Of a DNA stretch of 64,000 nt, positions 1 through 10,790 are shown in pieces. The position numbers and the translations under genes are program-made. The DNA lies in IMG/VR virus record IMGVR_UViG_3300019874_000004, positions 871-64,870 of that record, one strand, 5' to 3'. The first letter of the stretch is position 1; each line of letters starts with the position of its first letter. Below the pieces are notes generated by a model. It ran no database searches. It saw only the letters and a program-made list of their open reading frames with translations, and was not told the origin of the DNA. This DNA comes from a virus (Duplodnaviria; Caudoviricetes).

Positions 1-2
1 TA

Positions 3-3000
3 TCTGGAGTTAAGGCCGTCTCCGGCGCTACAACCAAGGAGATGGACAACCTGAGAGCGATGGCTCTCAGGATTGGTAAAGACACTAGCTTCTCAGCAGG
101 AGAAGCCGCACAAGCAATCCAGGAGCTGTCTAAGGCCGGGGTATCTACCACAGACATCCTAGGCGGCGCGGCCGATGCGACCGTTAGTCTGGCTGCTGCT
201 GGGGAGATCGACCTGCCGCGCGCCGCAGAGATTGCATCTGCGGCCATGAATAACTTCGCAATCAAGGGCTCTGAGCTTCCACACGTCGCAGACCTTATTG
301 CTGGTGCAGCTAATGCATCTGCGATTGATGTGGGAGACTTCGGATTCTCCCTCACGCAGGCCGGTGCAGTTGCGCACCTTACCGGCCTATCGTTTGATGA
401 CCTCTCAGTTGCTATTGCTGAGATGGGGCAGGCCGGAATCAAGGGCTCGGACGCCGGTACCTCGATCAAGACATTTTTGACGAATCTCCAGCCGACCACC
501 GCAGCCCAGACATCCCTGTTCCGCGAGCTTGGGCTAATCACGCTCCGTACGTCAGATGCGTCAGTAGTCCTAGCCAAGCACGGGATTAAGCCGCTGGGTA
601 ACTCGTTTGGCCAAGTCCAGAAAGCGCTACAGAGCTATACGGCTGCCCATAAGGGCGGGGCCGAGGGTACAGCGAAGAATGCCAAGGCGGCTGCGGAGCT
701 GGGGAATAAGCTCGGCGTCACGGGAAATGCATTCTTCGATGCACAAGGCAAGATGAAGAAATTCTCTGATGTGCAGGATATCCTAAAGACTGCCACAGCA
801 GGGATGACCAAGGAACAGAAGCTTGCAACTCTCAATACGCTATTTGGCTCTGATGCTATTCGCGCTGCTGCTGTGTTCGCTGATCAGGGCGCGGCTGGAT
901 ATGACAAGATGTCGACGGCTATTGGCAAGGTTGGCGCTTCGGATGTTGCTAAGACTCGACTCGACAACCTAAACGGCTCGATCGAGAACCTGAAGGGAAG
1001 CTTTGAGACTGCGCAGATTACGATTGGCGAGGTATTCCTGCCAGTCGTGCGGAAGATAGTCGATGTAATCAACTCAGTGGTTAACGTCTTCAACAACCTC
1101 CCGCCCGGAGTCCAGAAGACAATCGCAATTATGATCGGACTTGGGTCGGCCTTCTCGCTAGCTACCGGCCTAGGCATCAAGCTCGCATTCATGCTTGGGC
1201 CGATGCTAGTCCGATTCCTGGGATTCAGGGCTCTGGGATCTATCTTCGGCATCTTCCGGACTGGTTTTGGCATCTGGCGCTCGGGCGCTGGCCTGGCTGC
1301 GACGCTGGCCGGGTCGATCGGTCGCGCCGGAGTGATATTCTCCCGGTTTGCGAGTATCGGACGAACGCTATTCACTGTGCTATCTGCTTTTCCAAGGCTG
1401 CTAGCAGTCCTGCGGGTTGCTAGCTCTGTGGCATTTGGGCCCTGGGGTATCGCGATTGCCCTCCTAGTTGCCGCCGCAGTCCTTGCATTCAATAAATTCA
1501 AGCCATTCCACGACCTGGTTATCAACCTTGGTAATTTCCTCAAGGGCGCGGTGTCGCAGGGCATCACCGCAATAGGAACAGCAATCGGGCATATCGTTGA
1601 TGGATTCCAAAATGGATCAACATCTGCAACAGGATTTGTTGGATTCCTAGAAAAGCTGGGCGTAATTGCACGGGTTATCGTCGCTCTAGCCTTGAATGTT
1701 GCGAATGTATTCATGACTAGCGTGGTCCCTGCGCTACAACAAGCAGGCGGCGACATCCTGAACCGGCTAATCTCAGCTTGGCAGATTCTATCTGCTGCTT
1801 TTAGAGATCAGATTATGCCCGCCCTCGCGCAGCTAGGTGCTGCATTTGTACAATTGCTCCCGCATCTACAGGAATTGTGGGTTGCGCTTCAGCCTGTTCT
1901 CAAGGTTCTCGGGATTCTGGCCCTTGTCCTCGCAGGCGCAGTTGTTCTTGAGATATTTGCACTTGCGCGGGCTATCCTATTCCTGCTTCCGTTTGTGATC
2001 CAGTTGATTTCGCAAGGTATTCAGGTCCTAATCGTAGTGCTGACTGCGACTATTGCTGTAATTATTGCAGTTGTTAGTGCTATTATTAGCTTCGCAACCG
2101 CAATAGTCGGCGCGATGGGGCCTGTGGTATCCGCAATTGCTGGGGTTGTAACCGGAATTGTGAATGTGATCAGGGGGATGGTCAATTTAGTTGTAGGTAT
2201 ATTGACAGGCGACTGGGCTCAGGCCTGGAAAGGCGTAGTGCAAATTGTAACAGGCATCAGCACTGCGCTTGGAAGTCTGTTGAATGGTATGAAGACCTTG
2301 ATCCTGGGGATAATCAAGGGTTTGATAGATGGCATTGTTGCATTCTTCAAGAGTCTATTCAACACCCTAGTCGGGCACTCGATTGTTCCTGAGATGGTTG
2401 CGGCGATCGTCGCATCTATCGCATCCCTGCCTGGTAAGTGCGTTGCTGCGATTTCGTCGCTTGTGTCTAAGATAGTCGCAATCTTCAAGAGTGTATTCAC
2501 TGGTGCTGTGAATGCAGTCAAGACCGGTATTACAACCATCATGAGTTCGGTGAATACAATTAAGGGCAAGGTCGTCGGAGCCTTCAGCGGTGCAGTTGGA
2601 TGGCTTGCTAGCGCAGGAAAGGCAATTATCGGAGGTCTAGTTTCTGGTATCCAATCTAGAATCGGCGAAGTGAAGAGTACGCTAAGCAATTTGACAAGCT
2701 TGATCCCCAAGCTTAAGGGTCCGCTGCCAGTCGACCGCAAGTTGCTGACGGAGAACGGCGAGGCAATCATCAATGGCCTAGTCACAGGATTCAACAATCA
2801 ATTCCCAGATGTAGAGCGAGCGCTAGCCTCGCTCACCCGCTCCATCCCGCAGCAAGTTACAGTGGCCCAGACCCTCCAGAAGAATTCATCAATTCCCTCC
2901 CCTATTCAGCAAGCGCAAGCTAATGCACAGCAAGGGGTAACAGTCAACAATAACTGGAAAGTATTCAACCCCATTGCTGAGAAGACATCAGTTACTACAA

Positions 3001-3044
3001 CCAGAGACGCCACTCGTCGGGCGCAGCTAGGAGTGCTCGGGTGA
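3..3044 (+). CDS. Tape measure protein (TP901-type), 5' end truncated by window edge
   Basis: Frame open from nt 3 (SGVKAVSGATTKEMDNLRAMALRIGKDTSFSAGEAA); GIKGSDAGTSIK motif; long Ala/Gly/Ile-rich amphipathic repeats; followed by tail tip genes. Confidence 0.95.
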   Translation, partial: SGVKAVSGATTKEMDNLRAMALRIGKDTSFSAGEAAQAIQELSKAGVSTTDILGGAADATVSLAAAGEIDLPRAAEIASAAMNNFAIKGSELPHVADLIAGAANASAIDVGDFGFSLTQAGAVAHLTGLSFDDLSVAIAEMGQAGIKGSDAGTSIKTFLTNLQPTTAAQTSLFRELGLITLRTSDASVVLAKHGIKPLGNSFGQVQKALQSYTAAHKGGAEGTAKNAKAAAELGNKLGVTGNAFFDAQGKMKKFSDVQDILKTATAGMTKEQKLATLNTLFGSDAIRAAAVFADQGAAGYDKMSTAIGKVGASDVAKTRLDNLNGSIENLKGSFETAQITIGEVFLPVVRKIVDVINSVVNVFNNLPPGVQKTIAIMIGLGSAFSLATGLGIKLAFMLGPMLVRFLGFRALGSIFGIFRTGFGIWRSGAGLAATLAGSIGRAGVIFSRFASIGRTLFTVLSAFPRLLAVLRVASSVAFGPWGIAIALLVAAAVLAFNKFKPFHDLVINLGNFLKGAVSQGITAIGTAIGHIVDGFQNGSTSATGFVGFLEKLGVIARVIVALALNVANVFMTSVVPALQQAGGDILNRLISAWQILSAAFRDQIMPALAQLGAAFVQLLPHLQELWVALQPVLKVLGILALVLAGAVVLEIFALARAILFLLPFVIQLISQGIQVLIVVLTATIAVIIAVVSAIISFATAIVGAMGPVVSAIAGVVTGIVNVIRGMVNLVVGILTGDWAQAWKGVVQIVTGISTALGSLLNGMKTLILGIIKGLIDGIVAFFKSLFNTLVGHSIVPEMVAAIVASIASLPGKCVAAISSLVSKIVAIFKSVFTGAVNAVKTGITTIMSSVNTIKGKVVGAFSGAVGWLASAGKAIIGGLVSGIQSRIGEVKSTLSNLTSLIPKLKGPLPVDRKLLTENGEAIINGLVTGFNNQFPDVERALASLTRSIPQQVTVAQTLQKNSSIPSPIQQAQANAQQGVTVNNNWKVFNPIAEKTSVTTTRDATRRAQLGVLG

Positions 3045-3916
3045 CAAATACCAGTGCAATACCAATGACGGTTGACGGCGTTCGGCTCGATACCTATGCC
3101 TACAATATCGAGACGCTAGCCGGACGCCTGACTGTTCCAGGTGTCCGGGGCTCCAATGTTACAGTCCCCGGGCAAGACGGCTCGGTCTTCACAGCTAACA
3201 AGGACTGGGACGACGGCAACATGGTCCTGAAGATGTGGGTGCGGGGCTGCGATGTGAATGGGGCTGTCCCCGTTATGTCATCGCAGATGGCTGAGTTCAG
3301 GAGTAACTTAGCAGCTTTGTCGACGATGTTCGGCGTTCGGCACAGGCTTCTGGATATTAGGCAGACTTGGCCTGCGGGCGATATCCAATGGATGAGCGAG
3401 GTTCGAGACGCGTATGACCTCTCTGCCACCGCAGTAAATCCCAAGGCTAGCTTTGCAGTGAACCTCGAGGTCCCTGGTGTATTCGGCCAGGACGTCTCGA
3501 CTTCAGATTACACGTCTGCAGGTGGGCTAGCCCCGGCGGTGACTCTCACCCTTGCAACATATAGCGGCTTAACGGCCCCAATCAACGATGCGATATTGGT
3601 GGTTCGTGGCCCGGCCACAAACCCAAGACTTACAAATGTGGACACAGGGGAATGGGTACAGCTAAACGCAACAATAGGTACTGGAACAGACTGGCGAATC
3701 GATTGTGGCCTGTGGACAACGATAACAGGATCTGCTATTGGGCTGAGTGGGACAACGGGCACAAATCAAGTTGTGAACACAACATTTGCAGGAGGCGGCG
3801 CGAGGTTCTTGAGGCTAACTCCGAAGTCTGGTGGACCACAGATCCGCCTAGACGGGACTAGCTTCAACACCACAACCCAAGTCCTTGCCCGAGCCAAGAG
3901 GAAGTACCTGCTGTGA
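3041..3916 (+). CDS. Distal tail (Dit-like) / minor tail protein
   Basis: 291 aa directly after the TMP with a GTGA overlap; beta-rich composition; standard siphovirus position. Confidence 0.8.
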   Translation: MTNTSAIPMTVDGVRLDTYAYNIETLAGRLTVPGVRGSNVTVPGQDGSVFTANKDWDDGNMVLKMWVRGCDVNGAVPVMSSQMAEFRSNLAALSTMFGVRHRLLDIRQTWPAGDIQWMSEVRDAYDLSATAVNPKASFAVNLEVPGVFGQDVSTSDYTSAGGLAPAVTLTLATYSGLTAPINDAILVVRGPATNPRLTNVDTGEWVQLNATIGTGTDWRIDCGLWTTITGSAIGLSGTTGTNQVVNTTFAGGGARFLRLTPKSGGPQIRLDGTSFNTTTQVLARAKRKYLL

Positions 3917-6900
3917 CCGCAACGTACATGTTCAAGGGATGCGATGGAGTTACCGGCATCCCGACTGTGTTCCTGCCGCAGTTCCAGGATGCCTCGACTT
4001 CGTTTGAGATGAGTGATGTAGGCTCGATCTCTTTTGGGTATTTGAAGACCGGGGTCAATGCGTCCTACCTGCAACAGAACCTTGTAGAGATTGCGATTTT
4101 CCAAAACGGCGTCGAAATGGACGACGGCCGATTTACGGTCCAGAGCTTTAGCAGCGATGAAATTGCTAATGATGAGCCAGTCAAGTACACCGGCGTGTCG
4201 CTGTCCAACATGCTAAAGAAGGCAATCGTCTATTCGGCCGACGATAGCCGAACGCTTGGCGTAGACCAAGTGTTCGTCGGCGCGACCGCAGGCGGAATCC
4301 TGAAAGCCTTGTTCAATCAGAACAAGGCCCGCGGCACAAACCGGGTCATGGACCGGATTACCTATGCGAGCTTCGGCAGCACAACCGATAGCAATGGAAG
4401 TCCTTGGGCATTCACAATTGGAGAGATCACCTATACGGTCGGGGTGAACTATCTGGATGTGATGCGGAACCTATTCAACAACGGCATGATCGAATGGAAG
4501 ATGGTCGGCCGGGATTTGCGTGTGTACAATGCCGGAACCATGGGCACTGATCATACTTTAGATGCAGATCCGGTCGTTTTACGGAAGGGTAGGGACCTAA
4601 CCGAAGCACCTATTAGCAGTACTAGAGAGGCAGTGTCTGCGGTTGCGCTAGTAGTCGGCAATGAAAACGTTCTATCGGAGTTCGTCGACACATCTGTGGC
4701 TGCGGCGTGGGGCGAGGATGAGACTTTCATTTCGCAGGGTGGAATTAGCGACCCCTCCACCCTCGCAGTCCTCTCGCAACAAGCGGTCGCTGCGGTGTCT
4801 GAAGTACGGGTCCAGAATACCCACAAGATTGCGCTAGCAAGCTCCGCCTGGACACCGTATGTGCACTACAAGACATCAGACTACATCTACACAGACCGGG
4901 GGCAGGGCCTAGATCGGCTCCGTATTCGGCAGATGGTAATTGACATTGAGGCTGGAGAATCCTCCTCTGTGTCGCTGGTGCTCAATGATAAGTTCCTTGA
5001 GCAGGACATTATCAACTCTCGTCGGATTAACGGCATCCTGGGTGGAGCTAGCTCGACTGGCTCAGTCGCCGTCCCGACCGATCCAGGTCCAGAAGTCGAC
5101 ACTACCATTCCGAAGGCGCCCACCGCAGTCACTGCGAATAGCGCGGTTGGGATAAATAGCGCAGGCTCTAGCGTTGCAGTTGCCTCCCTAACCTGGCCCG
5201 CAGTTGTTCAGAATACAGACGGCTCTACGCTGTCGGACCTCGACCACTATGAGACGCAATACAAGACCGATACTGCAACTAGTGTAACTCCATTCTCCGC
5301 CCTCGGTCCGGCCCGTGATGATGAAGTCATGACGCGGAAGTTTGATCGGCGCGGTAAGGGCTACGGCTGGCTCGGTGGAGACGGCGGAGATAGTCAGCGG
5401 GCTACCAGCGGCAAGGATTTCTGGGTCTTCTCAGACACAAACCTCGGTACAGCTGATCAGTCTGGTAAAATCGGCACAGACTGGTCATTCATCCATAACT
5501 CAATTGTAATCACCAATCCCACGGACACCTCTGTATTCCAGGGACAATGGGGAATGGGCAATAAGCTTTCCAAGGAGGATGCATGGTTCGACACCACGAT
5601 CGGACTATGGCAAGCAGATACGAACTGCGCGGTGATCCGGGATACTTCAGCATTCTTCTATGGCACGGCCTCTATGAAGATCACTGCGACGGCCGCAGCG
5701 GACGCCGTTGCGAGGATTGCGGCCCCTGCAACCAGCGCTTACATCGTCTCAGCCTTCGACGTGTTCTCAGCATCAGCGCGCGTAAAGACGCTGTCTGGTA
5801 CTGCGAGGAATGTGGTTCTATCCATTCGGTGGTACGACGCCAGCAATGCTCTGTTATCGACGACGACAGGCTCATCCGTAGCCGGGAGCACCACCGTATG
5901 GACTCGCTACAACGTCAAGGGCACCGCCCCGATTAACGCAGTCCGGGGGACGGTGTTAGTCACAATTAAGTCAGCTGCAGCGGCGCAGGTGTTCAACGTC
6001 GATTGTATTGGACTTTACAAAGGTGACCAGTCGTATGGTTCTTGGAACGATCCTAACCGGGGAGCGCTGGGTGGCCCGATTGCCCTCATCAATCCTGAAG
6101 ATCTGGGCGGGGCTGCCATTGCTTCTGGGAGTCTTGCTAATACCATCTATTGGATTGATTCTGTGGTTCTGGTTGGGGGAAAGCTCCTCGGCTTTCTTAT
6201 GCGATATACCCCGGTTGGGGTTTTCCAGAATACAATCCATGTAGTCCAGTGGGACGGGACTACGCACGCATTCGAGTCCATTACTGTATTCACCACGTCT
6301 GATGTAATCATCTGGAGCAGCGCGACCTACAAAGATGCATCATTTCTCTATGTGATAGGGATAGACAGCACAGCCGCGCCGACTGCCAGGACGCACTATA
6401 TCATGCGGGTCCCGATTGGGACGCCGCTGACAGGAACCAAGGAATACTGGGGTGGGTCTTCGTGGACAACAACCCGAGCCTCCGCCGCAGTCATATACAC
6501 TGGATTCCAAACCGCAATCGGTGGCATCGTCCTGATTTCGGGAGTCTTTAATGCAATCATCACGATATTCGGCGAGGGAACCGTCCGGCGGTTAACTGCT
6601 TCTGTGATTACCGGCCCATATACTGACACTGGATCCATCTACACACAGCCAGATATGGGATCTGGATTGGTTGCGTACTTCGCTCGGATTCATGAGCAGT
6701 TTGATGATAATCTGGGCGTCCTGATGTCGTATAGCGTCAATGGCTCGGTCGGCGGAGTGAATAGTCTCGGGAACATTCGCTACTATGCACCCAAGTTTTT
6801 CCGTGGACCCGCCTCACCCGCCGCAGCCCTCACGCCTATTACAGACTGGGGCGGCATCCGGATCATTGAATCTGGAACGGTAGTCGACAACATAGGAGAC

Positions 6901-8931
6901 TTGCACCCTGGAGATAACTTCCAAGGACGAGTCCGGGCTGCGGACACGAGCGGTAACTTCGGACTCTGGACAAACAGCAATATCATACGGCTGGTGGACG
7001 ATGTAACTCCGCCTAACAAGCCAAGCACCCCAATGATTAGTCCCCAGTTTAAGGGAGTGAGAATAGAGTGGGACGGTACAGACTTCCAGGGCGGGCCACC
7101 TCCGGTCGACTGGTACAAAATGGAAGTGCATCTATCGGAGGTGGCAGCGTTCCAGCCGGGTCCGCTAACATTGGTAGACACCTATCTCACTCGGCTCGGG
7201 GGCGTCACGCCGGTCCAGGGTCTCGACTATGGGCATACATACTACACGCGCTTCGTAGCAATCGACTACAGGAACAACCGATCTTTACCGAGCGACGTCG
7301 CATCCTCGGGCCTGGAACAGCTTGTCGATACGACCGAAATCGCAAACAAATTAATCCAAGGGGCGATGATCGCGGATTCCGCGATTTCGGTACGCTCGTT
7401 GACGGTCGCAGCATTCGAGCCTTCCCTAGCTCCCAACGGAGGATTTGAGGTAGAAGCAACCGATGCTGCTGGCGTCGGTCTGGGCCTACCATTCGGCTGG
7501 TCCTCTAGCTTCTGGACAATCGGGGCTGGGGCTGTAGTTGCATATGACACAACTACGCCGATCTCCGGTCTCAAATCTGTACAAATGACTATGGCTGCGG
7601 CGGCCGACGGGCTCCGCTACCAATCCTCTGTTTTCCCAGTGACAGAGGGCAAGCTCCTAGCCTGTTCGGTGAAGGTCCGGGCTTCTCGCGCAATCGCAAA
7701 CCCTGCGTTCGAGCTTCACATTGTCTGCGGCAATACTGAAGCGAATACTGGCGCGTTCCCGAGCGCGGGTGTGTCCGTATGGGGAACAAGCGCAACCGTC
7801 GTCGGTACCACCGCAGTCCAGACGCTTGAACTCCAGCGCATTGTTGATGCTAGCATGAAGTTTGCCCGGGTGTTTGTGACCTGCCTAAATGCGAATGACG
7901 GGCTCGGCGGCTGGATTGGCACGATTGATGATGTAGCAGTGTTGCCAGTAGGCGGCTCTGCGTTTATTGCAGATGCGTCAATCTTGAATGCGAAGATCGC
8001 AAACCTCGCTGTGAACGATGCAAAGATTGCAACTGTTAGCGCGGGAAAGCTGACTGTCGGCTCTCTCACCGCAGACGTCACAGTTTCTGCTAGAATAAAG
8101 ACCTCCAATACCGGCGCGCGGGTTGAGCTGAATAGCTCGGGGCTGCAGGCATTCAACACCGGTGGATCGCAGACAGTAGATGTGTCATCTGCCACTGGTT
8201 CCGTAGTTATTGTTGGAACTCTGGTAACAGGATTCACTGGGACTCGGCTACTCATTGACTCTAGCGCTGCTAACAACATTGCGTTCTATCCTAGCTCTGG
8301 TGTTAACTATTCGAGAATTGCTGCGAGTGAGGATGCTGCTCCATCGGCAAACTTATTCATGGAGACAGGAACATTCACATATAACTCAGTCACCACCAGA
8401 CACAGAATATTCATGCAGAATGCTTCTGGATTTTATATGGGCAGCATTGCTGTGTCTGGATCAACTACCAATGGGGGCATAGTCTTCCTTGGAGCTTCAA
8501 ACTCCAGCTTCTCACAATACAACTCAGGTGGGACGCAAGATGGTGGACAAGTAATTATAGATGCTACCTACTCAAGAATGCTTACTACTAACTCAGCCAC
8601 AATGGTTTCTGAAGTCCTTTTACAAGATGATGCTGCAGTTAGAATTAGCGGCTCGTTCATCAATAACCGTTCATTCTCCAACAATGCACGAGATGCGATC
8701 ATCTCAGGATCTCAGGGCGCCAGCGGGTCTTTCACAGGGGTAACAACATTCACAACGACCTATGGCGGTACTGCTACTAGCACGCCTGGTGTTGTTTATA
8801 GTCCGATTGTGACTGGATTCAGAGACTTCCGAATGACATCTTATGGGACTACTAGCTTTGTAGTTGACATGAATGGTACTGCTACAGCAGTAGCAGTGGG
8901 GTTCCACTACTGGGCCTACCGACAGATTTAA
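3913..8931 (+). CDS. Large tail tip / receptor-binding protein: Tal-like N-terminus, FN3-like segments, DUF4185/DUF5005-like propeller, two CBM-like modules
   Basis: 1672 aa after Dit; WLGGDGGDS..FWVFSDT..HNS motif; PNGGFE-type CBM4/9-like segment; PPNKPSTP..GVRIEWDG FN3-like segment; ITA.KI-type repeats near the C-terminus. Confidence 0.85.
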   Translation: MTATYMFKGCDGVTGIPTVFLPQFQDASTSFEMSDVGSISFGYLKTGVNASYLQQNLVEIAIFQNGVEMDDGRFTVQSFSSDEIANDEPVKYTGVSLSNMLKKAIVYSADDSRTLGVDQVFVGATAGGILKALFNQNKARGTNRVMDRITYASFGSTTDSNGSPWAFTIGEITYTVGVNYLDVMRNLFNNGMIEWKMVGRDLRVYNAGTMGTDHTLDADPVVLRKGRDLTEAPISSTREAVSAVALVVGNENVLSEFVDTSVAAAWGEDETFISQGGISDPSTLAVLSQQAVAAVSEVRVQNTHKIALASSAWTPYVHYKTSDYIYTDRGQGLDRLRIRQMVIDIEAGESSSVSLVLNDKFLEQDIINSRRINGILGGASSTGSVAVPTDPGPEVDTTIPKAPTAVTANSAVGINSAGSSVAVASLTWPAVVQNTDGSTLSDLDHYETQYKTDTATSVTPFSALGPARDDEVMTRKFDRRGKGYGWLGGDGGDSQRATSGKDFWVFSDTNLGTADQSGKIGTDWSFIHNSIVITNPTDTSVFQGQWGMGNKLSKEDAWFDTTIGLWQADTNCAVIRDTSAFFYGTASMKITATAAADAVARIAAPATSAYIVSAFDVFSASARVKTLSGTARNVVLSIRWYDASNALLSTTTGSSVAGSTTVWTRYNVKGTAPINAVRGTVLVTIKSAAAAQVFNVDCIGLYKGDQSYGSWNDPNRGALGGPIALINPEDLGGAAIASGSLANTIYWIDSVVLVGGKLLGFLMRYTPVGVFQNTIHVVQWDGTTHAFESITVFTTSDVIIWSSATYKDASFLYVIGIDSTAAPTARTHYIMRVPIGTPLTGTKEYWGGSSWTTTRASAAVIYTGFQTAIGGIVLISGVFNAIITIFGEGTVRRLTASVITGPYTDTGSIYTQPDMGSGLVAYFARIHEQFDDNLGVLMSYSVNGSVGGVNSLGNIRYYAPKFFRGPASPAAALTPITDWGGIRIIESGTVVDNIGDLHPGDNFQGRVRAADTSGNFGLWTNSNIIRLVDDVTPPNKPSTPMISPQFKGVRIEWDGTDFQGGPPPVDWYKMEVHLSEVAAFQPGPLTLVDTYLTRLGGVTPVQGLDYGHTYYTRFVAIDYRNNRSLPSDVASSGLEQLVDTTEIANKLIQGAMIADSAISVRSLTVAAFEPSLAPNGGFEVEATDAAGVGLGLPFGWSSSFWTIGAGAVVAYDTTTPISGLKSVQMTMAAAADGLRYQSSVFPVTEGKLLACSVKVRASRAIANPAFELHIVCGNTEANTGAFPSAGVSVWGTSATVVGTTAVQTLELQRIVDASMKFARVFVTCLNANDGLGGWIGTIDDVAVLPVGGSAFIADASILNAKIANLAVNDAKIATVSAGKLTVGSLTADVTVSARIKTSNTGARVELNSSGLQAFNTGGSQTVDVSSATGSVVIVGTLVTGFTGTRLLIDSSAANNIAFYPSSGVNYSRIAASEDAAPSANLFMETGTFTYNSVTTRHRIFMQNASGFYMGSIAVSGSTTNGGIVFLGASNSSFSQYNSGGTQDGGQVIIDATYSRMLTTNSATMVSEVLLQDDAAVRISGSFINNRSFSNNARDAIISGSQGASGSFTGVTTFTTTYGGTATSTPGVVYSPIVTGFRDFRMTSYGTTSFVVDMNGTATAVAVGFHYWAYRQI

Positions 8932-8941
8932 GGAGTTGGCT

Positions 8942-9589
8942 ATGTCAATGCGTATGAGAGAGTTGAGAAGGAATGGTACAGAGCTAATAGTCATCATGGA
9001 ACACGATCTTGAGGATGGATCTATTGGCAAGATATGTTGGAGCCTCCCGGATACTGCCTTCATGATTCGCGCGGCTGAATATGGGATGGACCCAGTTGCA
9101 GATCAGGATGCGATCTGGGACATGCTGATATATGAACCGTATGTTGATGAGTCCGCATCAATGCATCCTCCCCTTGTGACTGCGCCGACTCTTGAGGAGG
9201 CAAGAGATCTTCATCTTGCTAGGTGTAGAGCAGTCAAAGAGGAGCATGAAGCGCGTGGGGCTTCAATGCGGAAGGGTTTGGATAGCGCCCATGAAGAAGT
9301 TCATGCTGCTCTTCGCGCAGAAGTCCCCATTGACATGCAATTCATCACCCTGCACAGGGAGCGCACAAAGCAAGCAGTTAGAGCAGAACAGGGCCTAATT
9401 AAGCGAAGAGCAGAGGACCCCCGGACGCATGTACAGGTCGAAAAGAGCAGAATGCTAGATGCAATACGCGACCAGGAGGGCCTACATACATCTGAAAAAC
9501 CAGGAGCAATCCATGCGGAAATGAGAGCGATTGAAGAGGGTAGAATCGAGCTTGACAAAGGAGGGCAAGATGCTACTAAGCCAGAATAA
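8942..9589 (+). CDS. Hypothetical protein between tail tip and lysin
   Basis: ORF with AGGAG RBS at 8931-8935; no recognisable motif. Confidence 0.6.
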   Translation: MSMRMRELRRNGTELIVIMEHDLEDGSIGKICWSLPDTAFMIRAAEYGMDPVADQDAIWDMLIYEPYVDESASMHPPLVTAPTLEEARDLHLARCRAVKEEHEARGASMRKGLDSAHEEVHAALRAEVPIDMQFITLHRERTKQAVRAEQGLIKRRAEDPRTHVQVEKSRMLDAIRDQEGLHTSEKPGAIHAEMRAIEEGRIELDKGGQDATKPE

Positions 9590-10313
9590 CTGGCCAGTCC
9601 TGATACGAGAGGAATTAGTCTGGTTTGATGCTGCTGGAGGACGGTTCGCCGCAGCCGACCCGTACGTCGCATACTGCGCTGCGCATCTCATCAACCAGTT
9701 CGATGCTAAGGTCGAGAAGATCAAAGGCACAATCCTGGATGACTGGTCCTGGGCCTCGCGTCCGATTCGGGGGCAGACAAAAGGATACAGCAATCACGCC
9801 AGTGCGACGGCTTGGGACTTGAATGCGACGCAGCATCAGCGCGGTGTACGGCATACATTCACTCCAGACGAGGTCTTTGAGATCCGACAGATTCTGGATT
9901 CTATCAAGGATGATCGCGGCGCCAGGATCTTCCGATGGGGCGCAGACTATAGCGCAACGTCTACAGTGGATGACATGCACTTCGAAATAAACGTCCCGCC
10001 CAAGCATGTGATGGCCGGGGCGAAACTACTGATGGCAAAGGAGAAAGACATGGAGTGGGCAGACAAGGTCAAACTCACCGCAACAGACGCAGCGACCTAC
10101 AAGGGGGCGCACAAGGTCAATGATCTCGTGTCGGTCGGCGAGATCATCCGATATCCCCCGGGCGTTCTGCGGGTGGAGGGGGAAGTCAAGGACCTGAAGG
10201 CGCAGGTCGCATCAATGCAGGTTACGCTCAAAGCCATGAGCGAAGCCATGACCGCCCTGGCCGCCGCAGTCAATCGGGCTGTCCCGCTGCCGGAGGTTCC
10301 GCCGCATGCCTAA
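9570..10313 (+). CDS. Endolysin, peptidase M15-type
   Basis: SNHASATAWDLNA and DDMHFEI Zn-peptidase motifs; AAGGAGGG RBS before ATG 9570. Confidence 0.9.
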   Translation: MLLSQNNWPVLIREELVWFDAAGGRFAAADPYVAYCAAHLINQFDAKVEKIKGTILDDWSWASRPIRGQTKGYSNHASATAWDLNATQHQRGVRHTFTPDEVFEIRQILDSIKDDRGARIFRWGADYSATSTVDDMHFEINVPPKHVMAGAKLLMAKEKDMEWADKVKLTATDAATYKGAHKVNDLVSVGEIIRYPPGVLRVEGEVKDLKAQVASMQVTLKAMSEAMTALAAAVNRAVPLPEVPPHA

Positions 10314-10476
10314 CCCACAGCAACCAGTTCGCAGCGCTGATATGAGCGCTGTAATTGAAAACCTGAAGCTCCAGGCAGGAGAGACGGCCGTTGAGAAAGC
10401 AGCGGCCATGGCAATTATCAGTGCAATGGAGGAAGAGATCGCAGACCTCAAGGCCCGACTGCAGGAACAAACGTAG
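10306..10476 (+). CDS. Small coiled-coil protein (56 aa) in the lysis region
   Basis: Read manually: MPNPQQPVRSADMSAVIENLKLQ...IADLKARLQEQT; overlaps the lysin stop. Confidence 0.6.
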   Translation: MPNPQQPVRSADMSAVIENLKLQAGETAVEKAAAMAIISAMEEEIADLKARLQEQT

Positions 10477-10528
10477 AAAAGGAGGGCAGTCAAAGTGCCC
10501 AGCAGCAATAGAAACAGGAGCGTGGCCA

Positions 10529-10774
10529 ATGAGCCCCATGCAGAAATGGTCAGTGATCCTGCGAGACATAGCAATATGGGTGACAGGTATCTTCGGCCTG
10601 TTACATCAGGAGCTAACAGGACAAGTCAATCCTTGGTTGCTGGGCACCTATACAACAATCCTCGGAGTCCCGGGAGCAGCGTCGCTGGTGGCGGTCTTGA
10701 AGGACAGTGGAGGTGGAGGATCTTCGCAATTGGCACATCAGCAGGAGGAGTCTGCTTCGGAATCGGCGCTGTGA
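10529..10774 (+). CDS. Membrane protein, holin-like
   Basis: Two hydrophobic segments; AGGAG RBS; lies in the lysis cassette. Confidence 0.6.
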   Translation: MSPMQKWSVILRDIAIWVTGIFGLLHQELTGQVNPWLLGTYTTILGVPGAASLVAVLKDSGGGGSSQLAHQQEESASESAL

Positions 10775-10790
10775 TCTATGAGGTGCTGCG

